Source of the DNA: Mobula hypostoma
Lineage: Eukaryota
DNA length: 64,000 bases
Reading direction: 5' to 3'
NCBI RefSeq assembly: GCF_963921235.1
Contig: NC_086097.1
Location: 112,532,001-112,596,000 of the forward strand
Each line of letters starts with the position of its first letter. Positions within the stretch are counted from its first letter, which is position 1. Below are positions 40,205 to 53,251 of the stretch, one piece after another. The translations under genes were made by a program, and so were the position numbers. Below the pieces are notes generated by a model. The model did no database searches. It saw only the letters and a program-made list of their open reading frames with translations, and was not told where the DNA came from.

Positions 40205-43200
40205 CTGAAATCAGGAACAGAAGAAAACTAATAGGATAGGATATTGACAACACAAAGAAAAGTCAAATTAATAGAAGTATTGAAAATGCTTAAAAATATT
40301 CTTGACCAAGTGACTAAAGATTAGCATATTCATTCATATTCTCTGAAAAAGACACTTGTTTGTTTTTTTTATAGTCAAGTAGACAATTTGTCAGCTGATC
40401 TCCTCTGATCACATTTTTACAATCTGATGTGAATATTAATTCGACAGATTTTTCTGAATTTGTATAGAGAGAGTCGTACATTTTTCATGAAGAATACAGT
40501 AAATAATTTGCTACAAAATAATACAGAAAATACTGATAACACTCAGCAAGGACAGTCAATGGAGAGGAAAACAGAATCGGTGTTTCAGATTAATGGTTTT
40601 CCATCAAATTTCTGATTTCTAGCAGCTGTGACGTTTTGTTTTCAAGGTTTGCTACAAAGTTCAGTCAATAGGTGACAACAGATTGAGAAGAAAATTGATG
40701 AACAAGAACCACATATTTAGAGTAAATGGATTGGGAAATGGAAATGATTCTGGCTTCTTCCCCCTTCCTTTCCAATCCTGGTGAAGGATCTTGGCCCAAA
40801 ATGATGACTTTATTTCTGTCCATTGATACTGCTTGACCTGCTGAGTACCTCCAGTATTTCATATGTGTAAATGGATATTACTTTGATTAATGAAGAGGTT
40901 TATAAACGCTGTAGCTCAACCTACAGCTCCAAATCCACTTCTCTTCCTCATCAATTTGATAATTAGCTGGTTTGAACTTTGACATAGAAAGGTACATTCA
41001 GAATTTGCTGACATTGTATAAATAGGAATTTTGATCAGTAAAAACAAATTATAAGAAAATTCATGAAGACACGAGTTAGTGACAATGGCCAGTGACATGT
41101 GAATTGTGAGATTATATTTAATAAGAATGAAAAATACTGAAAAATTTGTACAAGAAGCTGGCCTGATGCAGTCAGATAATTTACCAACTCATTTAAAATT
41201 CTACGTGATCAAGCTAGTGGCAGAAAAGATTAAGAGATGGTTTAATAGAATTTTTTCAAGTTATTAACAGTTCATACCAATGCCTTCACAGCTAATTTCA
41301 GGCTTGTGTTTCAGCTCTAAGAAGAAATCAGCTTTAAATTCCCCCTTGTCATATGTAGGATATATTGAAACAAACACCGTAGTCTCATTAAATTGAAAGC
41401 AATGCTAATAATAGTTAAAACTAATGCACAGAGATGGCATTGATATAAGACCACGAGATTATGTTGCATTGAAATCACTGCAGAACATGATTCATGGGAC
41501 ACTGCCATAGAGTTTTATAATGGTGCTGAGAGGCATAAATTATATTTTGTCAGTACCTTCAGGACACTTCTACATTTTCCTATGAAACTGGGTCAGCTAT
41601 TTCTCGTGTGTGCAAGGTATTCTCCCCAATGCATTCTTAACTAAGACACCAAGTTCTCACCACTGCTCTATCATGATTGTCTTTATAAATAATTTCACAA
41701 ACTTACTCCACACTCAAGGATTTTTTTAAACTAAGCTTAACAAAAATGGTATTTCAGGGAGCCAATGTTACCAGCATACAGAACTTGTAAATAACAATAT
41801 TAAACCCTTCCTCTGCCCTGACAAGATACTTTTACACATTCTCCTGTTCCACCTAGATTTGAGCCTCCAGAGAACAACAATGCCATCGTTCCACTTTATT
41901 TTATACTGCCATTTCATATTCAGAGAAACACTGTAATCTTCATAATAAAAATTTCAAGGTTTACCAAGCTTAAATGAGGAAACTAAGAATTTAGGAATAT
42001 TCACAGGATTCAAGGCACTATGCAAGCTGATTGTTTTGGTTGACAGTGGTACAGGGATTCAAATTTCAAAGTAAATTTATTATCAAGGTATATATTCCAT
42101 CTACAAACTTGAGATGCATCTTCTTGTAGGTACTCATAAAACAAAAAAAAACAATAGGATCCACGAAAGCCCCACACAATGAAGATTGACGAACATCCAT
42201 TGTGCAAAAGGGGACAAATTGTGCAAATAATAACAAAGTAAACAATTAATACATAGAACATGAACTGCAGAGTCTACTAACTGCAGAGTCAATCAGCGCT
42301 AACGTCAGTGAAGCCAGTCCATGGCTGCAGGGAAACAACTACTCCCAAAACTGGCGTTATAGGACCCAAGGGTCCTGCACCTTCCCCCCAATAGTAGCAA
42401 CGAGAAGAGAGAAAGATGGGACAAACGCAGGCAGATAGAATGGGCTCGGGTGAGGGATCTTGGCTTGCACAGAGTAGTAGGATGAACACCTGTTACAAAT
42501 GTTCAGCCCAATTACATGTTCCCAAGATCCCTAAATCATCTCTAATAATGTTTCCTCCATCTTAATAGGTGCTCCCTTTTCCCCTTAACTTTCTCTCAAA
42601 TTATTCTCCATCAGTGCTTAAATTCCTTGTACATTTCCTCTGATTAATATCTCCCATCTTCCCAACAAGAGAGCTGAATTCTGCTTTGTCCTTTATGGGG
42701 TTACATCACCAACAGTTCACAGCTATAATCTTGGACTAGTGGCTTTCCAAGCAGCCAGATGCCCGCTGTCGGTATGAAATAATGTAAAAAAAATGTTACA
42801 TTCTGCACATGCTAGAAGAATACATGCAGGAAAGCATGAAGTTAATTATAAATTATCTGTTGTTCATGTAGTAGGGAATTAAGTTGAAAAGAAACAGATA
42901 CAAAATTCTGGAGGGAAGGGCAATGTTACGGTAGTCATAAGGGAGTTCAAAATGCAGGTAAACTGAGAAAATCAGGTTGCAGCTGGATCCTAAGGGAGAG
43001 AATTTGTAGAATATCTACAAGATGGTTTTTTAGAACACCGTGTGGTTGAACTCACTAGGGGAAAGTCTATTTTGGATTGAGTGTTGTGTAATGAACCAAG
43101 TTTGATTGGGGATTAAGATAGATAAAGGAACCCTTAGGAAGTAGTGATAATGATATGATAGAATTCACTCTGCAGTTTGAGAGAGGAAGCTAAACGCAGA

Positions 43201-45288
43201 TGAATCAGTATTACAGTAGAGTAAAAGGAATTATACTGTATAGGCATGAGAGAGGAGCTGGCCAAAGTTGATTGGAAGGCAACACTAGCAGGAACATCGG
43301 CAGAACAGCAATGGCAGGAGTTTCTGGGAGTAATTCAGAAGCTGCAGGATAGATACATCCCAAAGAAGGAGCATTCTAAAAGCATGATGATGTAACAGTG
43401 GCTGACAAGGGAAGTCAGAGACAACATGAAAACTAAAGAGATAGCAAATGATAGAGAAAAAATAGTGGGAAGTTAGTGGATTGGGAAACTTTCAAATACC
43501 AGCAGAAGGCAACTAAAAAGTTGTAAGTGGGGAAATGATGAAGTATGAATGTAAGCAAGCCAATAATATCAAAAAGAATACCAAAAGATGTTCAGATACA
43601 GATGTTCAGATAAGAGTAAAAGAGAGCTGCAAATTGATATCAGACCGCTGGAAAATGAAGCTAGAGATGTAGTAATGGGGGACAAGAAAATGGTGGATGA
43701 ACTGAATAAGTATTTTGCAACAGTCTTCATTATGGAAGACACTACAGGTATGACGGAAGTTCAAGAGTTTCAGAGGGCAGAAGTGAGTGCAGTTACTATT
43801 ACGAGGGAGAAGGTGCCTGGGAAGCTAAAAGGTCGGAAGGTAAATAAGTCGTATGGACGAAATGGACTGCACTCCAGAGTTTTGGAAGCGGTAGCTGAAG
43901 AGATGGTGGAGGAATTAGTAATGATCTTCTAAAAATCACTAGATTCTGGCATGGCACTCCACTCTTCAATTCTGGAGGCAGGCAGAAGGAAGAAATTACA
44001 GGCCAGTTAGCCTGACCACCGTGGTTAGGAAGACATTAGAGTCCATTATTGAGGACTCCATTATTGAGGTTTCGGGGTACTTGAAGGCACATGATAAAAT
44101 AGGCCAAAGTCAGCATGGTTTCCTTAAGGGAAAACCTTGCTTGCCAAATCTGTCAGAATTCGTTGAGGAAATAACAAGCAGGATAGACAAAGAAGAATCA
44201 GTGGATGTTGTGTATTTGGATTTTCAGAAGGCCTTTGACAAGATGCTGTACATGAGCCTGCTTAACAAGATTAGAGCCCATGGTATTACAAGAAAGGTAG
44301 AAGCAAGATTAGCTGATTGGCAGGAGGCAAAGAGTGGGAATAAAGGGAGCCTTTTCTGGTTGGTTGCCGGTGACTAGTGGTGTTCTACAGTGGTCAGTGT
44401 TAGGTCCGCTTTTTCTTATGTTATATGTCAATGATTTGGATGAAGGAATTGATGAATTTAAGGCCAAATTTGCAGACGATATGAAGATAAGTGGATGGGC
44501 AGGTAGTGTTGAGGAAGCAGGGAGGCTTCAGAAGGACATAGACAGATTGGAGAATGGGCAAAGAATTTGCAGATGGAATATAGTGTAAGGAAGTTATAGT
44601 CATGCACTTTGGTAGAAGGAATAAAGATGTAGACTATTTTCTAAATGGAGAGAAAATTAAAAAATCTGAGGTACAAAGAGACTTGGGAGTCCTCATGTAG
44701 GATTCCCTAAAGGTTAACATGCAGTTTGTGTTGGTGGTGAGGAAGGGAAATGCAATGTTAGCATTCATTTCAAGAGAATATAAAAGCAAGAATGTAATGC
44801 TGAGGCTTTATGGGGCACTGGTGAGGCCTCACTTGGAGTATTGTGAGCAGTTTTGTGCCCCTCAGCTAAGAAAAGATGTGCTGACATTGGAGAGAGGTCA
44901 GAGTAGGTTAACGAGAATGATTCTGGGAATGAATGTCTGAGAAGCGATTGATGGCTCTAAGCCTATAAATCACTGGAATTTAGAAGAATGAGGGAGAGAT
45001 CTCATTGAAGCAGATTGACTGTTGAAAGGCCTAGATAGGGTAGATAGAGAGAGGATGTTTCCTATAGTTGAGGAGTCTAGGACCTGAGAATAGAACCTCA
45101 GAATAGAGGGCCTGTTATGGTCCGGTCTGTGAAGACTGCATTCTGGATCATGGTCCGGTCCATCATTCCTTATTCCAGCTTTTCCGGTTTTCCCTTGTTC
45201 TGTTGGATGCTCCAATTGAGACACCTGATTCACATTTTGGGCTGGCTACATAAATAACTCCTTAGTTCAGCTTCATTTGCTGGACTGT

Positions 45289-45380
45289 CCCCTTCCCCTT
45301 CCCCTTCCCCTTCCCCTTCCCCTCCCCCTCCCCCTCCCCCTCCCTCCTCCCCTCCCCCCTCCCCCTCCCCCTCTCCCCTG
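45289..45380. repeat. (CCCCTT)n/(CCCCCT)n polypyrimidine tract
   Basis: Direct reading of the sequence. Confidence 0.9.
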
Positions 45381-45694
45381 CAACCTTGACTTGAAGACTC
45401 GCCTGCGCCCTCGCCTGTATCGCTGTTAAGTTCTACTGCCGGAGCAAGACCGGAGCCTTGCTGTGTCTAGATAAGGAACTGCCTATCGTTGTTTGGAACT
45501 GTCTCTTTGTCCATGCCTTCGCTAGGCAGGTCCGGCCACTTGCCATTATCTAGTGTTGGGAACAGCCTCTGTGTCCATGCCTTTGCTAGGTAGGTCTGGC
45601 CGTTTGCCACTACTCTGTGTTGAGAACAATCTCATCATGTTCATCTTTCTGTATATGAGTCCTGGCCCTACGTCCTGTTCCCAAGGAGGAGTCC

Positions 45695-45890
45695 TGGCTC
45701 TGTGTTCTGCGTTCCTGTCTCCCAAGGCCCTGTGTGTTGCGTTCCTGTCTCCTAAGGCCCTGTGTTCTGCGTTCCTGTCTCCTAAGGCCCTGTGTTCTGC
45801 GTTCCTGTCTCCCTCGACCAAGGCTCTTTGTTCCTGTCTCCCTCGACCAAGGCTCTGTGTTCCTGTCTCCCTCGACCAAGTCAAGGCTTC
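45695..45890. repeat. Minisatellite of about 28-35 bp units (ggccctgtgttctgcgttcctgtctcc...)
   Basis: About six degenerate units. It explains the overlapping repetitive ORFs in several frames. Confidence 0.9.
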
Positions 45891-46560
45891 GTGTTCTCAT
45901 CCTGTCCATGTGCCTCGCCCAGCCCAGGAGTACCATGCCCAGCCCAGTGCTGGGGTTCCCTCGTCCTATAAAGGAGTCTCAAGTCCAGTCCTGTTGCCAC
46001 TCCTTGTCCTGTAACCACGTCTTGTCCTCACCTAGATCCGGGGTCCGAGCCCAAGTCAAGACCCAGGTTCTGGGTCCCTGTCCAGCCTCTGGCTTGGAGT
46101 CCAAGCCCGGGCTCCTACTTCCTAGTTCCTTGTCCTGGTTCCACTTGCCTAGCCAAAGTCCTAGCCCAAGTCTGTGTTCCTGTCACAGCTCCTTGTCTGC
46201 ATCAAGTCACGTCCCTAACTCCAGTTTAGCCCTGTCCCTAGTACTTCAATGTCTGTGTCTTGCATTTGGGTCTGCCATTAATACCCTCATTATGACAGGG
46301 CCAGCCATTTAGAATGGAGATAAGAAGGAATTTCTTTAGCCAGAGAGTGGTTAATCTGTGGAATTCTTTGCCACAAGCGGCTGTGGAAACCAGATCATTA
46401 GGTGTATTTAGGGTTTGTGATTAGTCAAGGCGGGAAAGATTATAGGGAGAAGGCAAAAAATGGGGTTGAAAGAAAAAAATGCATCAGCCATGATGAAATG
46501 GTGGAGTAGACTTAATGGGCCGACTAGCCTAATTCTGCTCTTGTGTGTTATGGTCTTTGG

Positions 46561-47560
46561 GAACTGAGCAGGTCAGGCAGAATCTATGGAGAAGAATAAA
46601 CTGTCAATGATTTGGGCCTAACCCTTCATCAGGCCTGGAACAGAAGGGTGAGAAGTCAGAACCAGAAGACTGGGGGACAGAAAGGTGTACAAGCTAGCAG
46701 ATGAGAGGTGGAACCAGGTGAGGGGACAAGGGGTGGGGGGGGAGGAGTCAGAAGCTGATTGACTATAGCAGGAAAAGGTAAAGGACTGATAAAGAAGGAA
46801 TCTAATGGGAGGGGATAGTGGACCATGGAATAAAGGGAAGGACGAAGGTCACCAGAGGTAAATGAGGGGCAGGTGAGAAGAGAAGGGTTGAGAGGGTAAC
46901 CAGAATGGGGAATGGAAAAGGAGGGAAGATGGGAGGAGGGAGTAATTACTGGAAGTTGGGGAAATTGATGTTCATGCTATCAATTTGGGAGCTACCCAGA
47001 CAGAATATGAGGTGTCAGTCCTCCAACACGATTTTGGCCTCATCAGGGTAGTAGAGCATGCCATGGACAGATATGTTTGTATGGGAATGTGAAGTGGAAT
47101 TGAAACTGTAGCCACAGAGAGATCCTGTCTCGTACTACAGTCAGTGAAGGCGCTCAATGAAGCACGCGCCCACTCCGCATCGGGTCTCACTGATGTAGAG
47201 AGTGCTGTATTGGATACAAGACGTGACTCCAAAAGGCTCACAAGTGAAGAGTTACCTCATCTGGAAGGGCTGCTTGGGACCCTGAATGATGGTGAGGGAA
47301 GAGGTATATAGGCAGGTCACTTGTCATGCTTGCAGGGATAAGCGCCAGGTGGGAGATCACTGAGGAGCAATGAGCCCCTTAAATCAGGTTCCCTATGGGA
47401 AGTAGAGAGGGGAGGGGAATTGTGCTTAATGGTAGAGTCCTGTTGGAGATGGCAGAAGTGATGAAGAATGATGTATGTGAGGTGGTTGATAATGACAAGC
47501 AGAAATCTGTCCCTTTTATACAACAGGAGAATAGGGTAATGGCAGGTGTGTGGGCTCCAA
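46561..47560 (-). mobile_element. Penelope-like retroelement 3' part: GIY-YIG endonuclease remnant plus pLTR
   Basis: Minus-strand fragments GPKQPFQMR, FTCE, LYISETR, FNSTSHSH, HLIFCLGS and MNINF. A pLTR with a degenerate CTGATGA hammerhead lies at about 46600-46635. Confidence 0.8.
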
Positions 47561-47574
47561 TAATAAAGTATAGT

Positions 47575-48775
47575 GGCAGAGTGCTTGCAAAATAGTGACA
47601 GGATCAGTCAAAGTCAGGATGGATTTGCAAAGGGAAAATCATGCTGAACAATTTTCCAGAAAGTTTTTGAGAGGATGACAAGCAGAGTTGAATGGGAAAG
47701 AAGGGAAATCAATGTTTTATTTAGACTTAAAAAAGGCTTTGACAAACACCCACATATGAGAAAATTAAAGCACATAGGATTGTGGTAATGCATTGCTATG
47801 GACAGACAGCTGGTTGGCACGCCAAATAAAGAGTAGGAACTAGTGGCATGCTATGACTCGACCTGACTACAGAGTTCAGTGCTTGGACCCCAACTGTTCA
47901 CATTACAAAAATGATCTAGGCAAAGGAAGTAAATGAAATATTTCCATGTTTGTGAATGACCCAATGCTGGGTGGGTGTGTGAGCTGTGTGGAAGATGCAA
48001 AGAGACTCCATTATGATTAAGCAGGCTGACTGGATGAACAAATGCACGGCAAATGCAGCATTATGTGGGTAAGTTCTGGTTGAACACCCTAGCTGGACGG
48101 TCTTTCATTGATCCTGTTAAGGATATCATTCTATAGATTTATATATATGAATCCCCCAAGAAAATGAATCTCAGGGTTGTATATGGTGACATAAATGTAA
48201 TTTGATAATGAATTTACTTTGATCTTTGAACTTAAATGTAATTTTCTCCTTTGGTGGCAAAAAATTTAGTAAGATATTGCCCAAATGGAAAGAGGACATT
48301 GGAAGGTAAAGAAAGACTCCTCCTTCAAAAGCTATTGGAAAAAAAATCATATACTGTGGGTGCCAAATTGTATGTTGGCCTTCACAGCAAGTGGAATTGA
48401 GCACATAGCCAGGGATGATTGATTGTAATCATTCAGGACCTTGGAGAGATCACATTGTGCGCATCTGTCACCTCCTTATCTGTGGAAGGATGCTCTTGCT
48501 ATGAGGGTGACTAAAGAAGGTTTGCCAGACTGATTCCTGGGATGACAGAAGTGATGTGTGAAGCGAGACTAGGACCTATTTGCTGGAATTTAGAAGGCTG
48601 AGACGGGATCTCATTTAAACTTACAAAATCTTGACATAGCTGAACAGATTGGATGTGGGAAAGTTGATCTTGATGGAAAAATCCAGAACTAGGGGTCACA
48701 GTCACATGGACCAGCTATGATCACATTGAATGCTGATGGAATATCTACTCCTGTCCTTAATGTCTATGTTTCTGG
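47575..48775 (+). mobile_element. Degenerate CR1 RT fragment
   Basis: Motifs ggatttgcaaagggaaaatcatg, aaaggcttttgac-like and agactgattcctgggatg. Confidence 0.7.
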
Positions 48776-49047
48776 TTCTTCCACCCCATATTTAGGAAGA
48801 TCAATAGGAAGGGGCATAGTCCTCTGAGAGCGAGGGGAAAAAAAGTCCCATTTGTCTGGAATAAGCAACTTTCAATTTTAAAACAGTGACTCCTACTAAT
48901 GTACTTCTCAAAAGAGGAAACATCCTCTCCATATCCACCCTGTCTCCATGGAATTTTATGATTCTATCCTGTCTCTAATATCCTCTCATATATTAGGCTA
49001 GAAATTCTTATTCTAGTGCAATAATGTAAGTGCTTATATTTCCAGTA

Positions 49048-49612
49048 CACTCAGGGTCACTTTATTAGGTGCACCTATACACCTGCTTGTTAATGCAAAT
49101 ATCTAATCAGCCGGTTATGTGGCAGCAAATCAATTCACAAAAGCTTGAAGACGTGGTCAACAGGTACAATCGATGTTCAGACCAAACATCAGAATGGGGA
49201 AGAAATGCGATCTAAGTGACTTTGACAGTGGAATGATTGTTGGTGCCAGACAGAGTGGTTTGATAATCTCAGAAATTGCTGATTGCCTGGGATTTTTACA
49301 CACAAAACTCTCTTGAGTTTACAGAGTATGGTTCAAAAACAAAAACAAAAAAGAAAATCATTCAGTGAGTGGCAGGTTTGTGTGCGAAAATACCTCGTTA
49401 GTGAGAGAGGCCAGAGGGGAATGGCCAGCCTGGGTCAAGCTGACGGGAAGGCAACAGTAACACAAATACCTATATATTATAACAGTGGTGTGCAGAAGAA
49501 CTGTTCTGAGTGCACAACACATCGAACCTTGAAGTGGATGGGCTACAGAGCAGAAGACCATTAACAAAACCTCAAGTGTACAGGAGGTACCTAATAAAGT
49601 AGCCACTGAGTG
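49048..49612 (+). mobile_element. Tc1-derived MITE, copy 4
   Basis: TA|CACTCAGGGTCACTTTATTAGGT ... ACCTAATAAAGTAGCCACTGAGTG. Encodes the remnant MGKKCDLSDFDSGMIVGAR. Confidence 0.9.
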
Positions 49613-50146
49613 TCATTCCTTATCCTGTGTGCCATACTCAGGAAGTGGTTGCAAGAATACACCATATATTGTATATATCTGAAGCATAATCTTCTTTTTG
49701 TATTCATTTCTGTTTGCCATAAACGATGACATTCTGTGAACTTTGAAGTTAGGCACGAGAGTATGAATGCTGGAATCAGGAGTGAATAAAATGCTGCTGG
49801 AGGAACTTTGCAGGTCAGGCAGCATCTGTAGAGTAAATGGACAGTCAATGTTTCCGATCAATTCCCTTCTTCTAGATTCTGTTAACTGCCTGCATATTAG
49901 TGCATTTGCAGGTTCTGGAGGGTCACCCAGATACTTCTGCATCTAGGATCTCTGCAACCTCTCAAAATTAAATATGCTTTTTAAATCTTTTTTTCCGCCA
50001 AAATATAGAACTTCACATTTTCTAGCTTGTTATTTATTTGTCTTCTTGCTTAACTTTCTCATTTAATTTGTTTTAATTGGTTTAAAGCCTCTTCAAGCCC
50101 CCTTTATAACTTACTTACTTTGTGTGAGTAATAGCTTTAACTATAT

Positions 50147-50357
50147 TGTTGTTGTTCAGTCGTTAAGTTGACCTCATTTCGTACCCTCATGGACCATAGG
50201 GTCCACAGGGTTTTCATGGCAAGATACGGAAGTAGATTGCTAGGCCTTTCTTCCACACAGATACTGCTGCTGCCCAGGTTGGGACCCGGCTGGGTTTGAA
50301 CTAAGGACCTTCTGCCTTGAAGTCCAGTGCTGATGCCACTACACCACCAGCTGGCCC
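50147..50357 (-). mobile_element. tRNA-derived SINE with RTE/BovB-like 3' end and (CAA)n tail
   Basis: A box TGGTGTAGTGG and B box GTTCAAACC on the minus strand. The plus strand starts ttgttgttgttcagtcgttaag. Confidence 0.75.
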
Positions 50358-51186
50358 TTCACCCAAATTAATTCATCCAGCTCTGATCCCTGAGGCACAG
50401 TATTCGTTGCACCTTGCCTCCCAGCAACCTGATCTCCAATGACTTAAACTTACTTTCAGTGGTAGGAAGCATCACCCACAGCATATGATCCACTACTTGC
50501 AGATTTTACAAGTATTTTGTTGCAAGGTAATTGATTCTAGATATGAATGCTTTGGTAAACTTTCATCTTGAACACTGTACTGGGAGAATGTGTAGAAGGC
50601 ATGCAGTTCTGTCCTAATCTCAGCAGAGTACACAGCACGAGACTTCTAAATTTCAACAATGGTATCCTCCTTGCAAATTGCCACCTTTCATCCTTTACCT
50701 GAGAGTGTATCGAAGAGGTGGGGCCCTGGTCCGAGGGCGAGGAATGACCCGGTTTGAACAGTTTAAGCACCGGGCCAGGTTGAAAAGGTCAGGGTGTCGA
50801 GGGCAGATGTGAGGGATGGGCTGGTTCAGCTTCCTGCATGAAACTGAGGCTGTGGCCTAGACTCATTTTCATGAACTTCAGTTCTGAATGCTACCTGCTT
50901 TCTTTTATTGCTTGCACAATTGTTTTATTCTCTGTGCACATTGGGTATTCAACAGATTTGTTTTGTTTTCATGGATTCTATTGGGTTTATTTGTTTTGTG
51001 GCTGCCTGAAAGGAGAGGAATCCCAAGGTTGTATAAAGTATATGTTATTTGATAATAAATGAACTTTGAACATGAACTTAAAGATTATTTCAACGAGCTT
51101 ATTGCCAGTGATTAAATGTGTTCATAGAAAAGGAAAGCTGGAACTGGAGATATTTGACACACTCTTACCAAGATTCATGATTTAGT

Positions 51187-52585
51187 AAGACCATAAGACA
51201 AAGGAGCAGAGGTAGGCCTTTCGGCCCATCGAGTCTGCTCCGCCATTTTATCATGAGCTGATCCAGTCTCCTATTTAGTCCCACCCCCCCGCCCGCCTTC
51301 TCACCATAACCTTTGATGCCCTGGCTACTCGGATACCTATCAATCTCTGACTTAAATACACCCAATGACTTGGCCTCCACTGCTGCCCATGACAACAAAT
51401 TCCATAGATTCACCACCCCCTGACTAAAAAAATTTCTTTGCATTTCTGTTCTGAATGGGCGCCCTTCAATCCTTAAGTCATGCCCTCTCGTACTAGACTC
51501 CCCAATCATGGGAAACAACTTTGCCACATCCACTCTGTCCATGCCTTTCAACATTCGAAATGTTTCTATGAGGTCTCCCCTCATTCTTCTAAACTCCAAG
51601 GAATACAGTCCAAGAGCGGACAAACGTTCCTCATATGTTAACCCTCTCATTCCTGGAATCATTCTAGTGAATCTTCTCTGTACCCTCTCCAGTGTCAGCA
51701 CATCCTTTCTTAAATAAGTAGATCAAAACTGCCCACAGTACTCCAAGTGAGGTCTCACCAGCGCCTTATAGAGCCTCAACATCACATCCCTGCTCCTATA
51801 CTCTATTCCTCTAGAAATGAATGTCAACATTGCATTCGCCTTCTTCACCACCGACTCAACCTGGAGGTTAAACTTAAGGGGATCCTGTACGAGGACTCCC
51901 AAGTCCTATTGCATCTCAGAACTTTGAATTCTTTCCCCATTTAAATAATAGTCTGCCCGTTTATTTCTTCTACCAAAGTGCATAACCATACACTTTCCAA
52001 CATTGTATTTCATTTGCCACTTCTTTGCCCATTCTTCCAATCTATCCAAGTCTCTCTGCAGACTCTCCGTTTCCTCAGCACTACCGGCCCCTCCACCTAT
52101 CTTCGTATTGTCAGCAAACTTAGCCACAAAGCCATCTATTCCATAATCCAAATCATTGCTGTACAATGTAAAAAGAAGTGGCCCTAACACGGACCCCTGT
52201 GGAACAACACTGGTAACCGGCAGCCAACCAGAATAGGATCCCTTTATTCCCACTCTCTGTTTCCTGCCAATCAGCCAACACTCTATATGTAACTTTCCCG
52301 TAATTCCATGGGCTCTTATCTTGTTAAGTAGCCTCATGTGTGGCACCTTGTCAAAGGCCTTCTGAAAATCCAAATATACAACATCCACTGCATCTCCCTT
52401 GTCTAGCCTACTGGTAATTTCCTCAAAAAATTGTAATAGGTTTGTCAGGCAGGATTTTCCTTTAAGGAATCCATGCTGAGTTCTGCCTATCTTGTCAAAA
52501 ACTTCCCACCTATACTCTATTCCTCTAGAAATGAATGTCAACATTGCATTCTCCTTCTTCACTACTGACTCAACCTGGAGGTTAA
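51187..52585 (-). mobile_element. CR1 LINE, 5'-truncated, with a duplicated internal segment at its 5' junction
   Basis: ORFs 51906-52562 and 51165-51701 carry CR1 RT motifs. Confidence 0.93.
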
Positions 52586-53251
52586 TGAGGGCTATATTTT
52601 TCTTTCTTTCCTATTGAACACCACAAGGCAGTGAGTTCCTATGTAGGATTGCAGGCTTTTGTAAGGAGCTGGCTGCCATTGAGTGTTGACGTAAACACTT
52701 GATGTGCTGTCAGTCGATTCTGCACTTGACTAAAACGGAAAGAAATTCCAATCAGTGTCAATAGGTAGTGAACTGAACAGTTAATCGCCAATATTCTGGT
52801 AGCAGTTAATGATGACTATAATCAATGTCTGCCTATCTATCTTTGAGTCACCAAAGGATGCTAGATGTGACGGCCAGGTGACAAGAGTTATTGGGTGAAA
52901 GCTAATTACCATTGTCTCTCACCCAAGGACATGTGCAGTGGGCAAATAGAGTATTATGCAAGTACACAACATCTGAGGGAGCAGCCTATTGGTATGAAGC
53001 GACCACTGCTACGCTCAGAAATGCTCTGAAGAACCCTCCAGTAGTCACCTTCATGCTACAACAACTGGCTTCCCATCATTTACACTGTACCTAGAAGAAA
53101 TGTGTAATGCTGCCTTTTTTCCACGATTCTTGAAATATAAGTACATGGATATTTCATGTATGTGAAACTGAAGCTGCTGTGAGTCAGTTATGGATGAATC
53201 CTGCTCCCTGAATGATCCATTGAAGTCTGAGAATAGTGATATGATAATATA

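Larger units (their letters stand above)
45113..46297 (+). mobile_element. Long solo LTR (1185 bp), probably Gypsy-type
   Basis: TG...CA termini and a 5-bp TSD GGGCC at 45108-45112 and 46298-46302. Contains a TATA-like ACATAAATA, a C-rich tract and a minisatellite. Confidence 0.85.
42850..46556 (+). mobile_element. Decayed CR1 LINE ORF2, interrupted by a solo LTR
   Basis: Fragments ELNKYFATVF, QHGFLKGK, VDVVYLDFQKAFDK, KFADD and RPHLEYC. Resumes after 46302. Confidence 0.9.

Noticed and set aside
45695..45890. CRISPR-like array
   Set aside because: The units are tandem with no unique spacers, the context is eukaryotic and there are no cas genes.
45546..46312. Long overlapping ORFs (up to 192 aa)
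   Set aside because: They are a by-product of the LTR minisatellite and low-complexity sequence.
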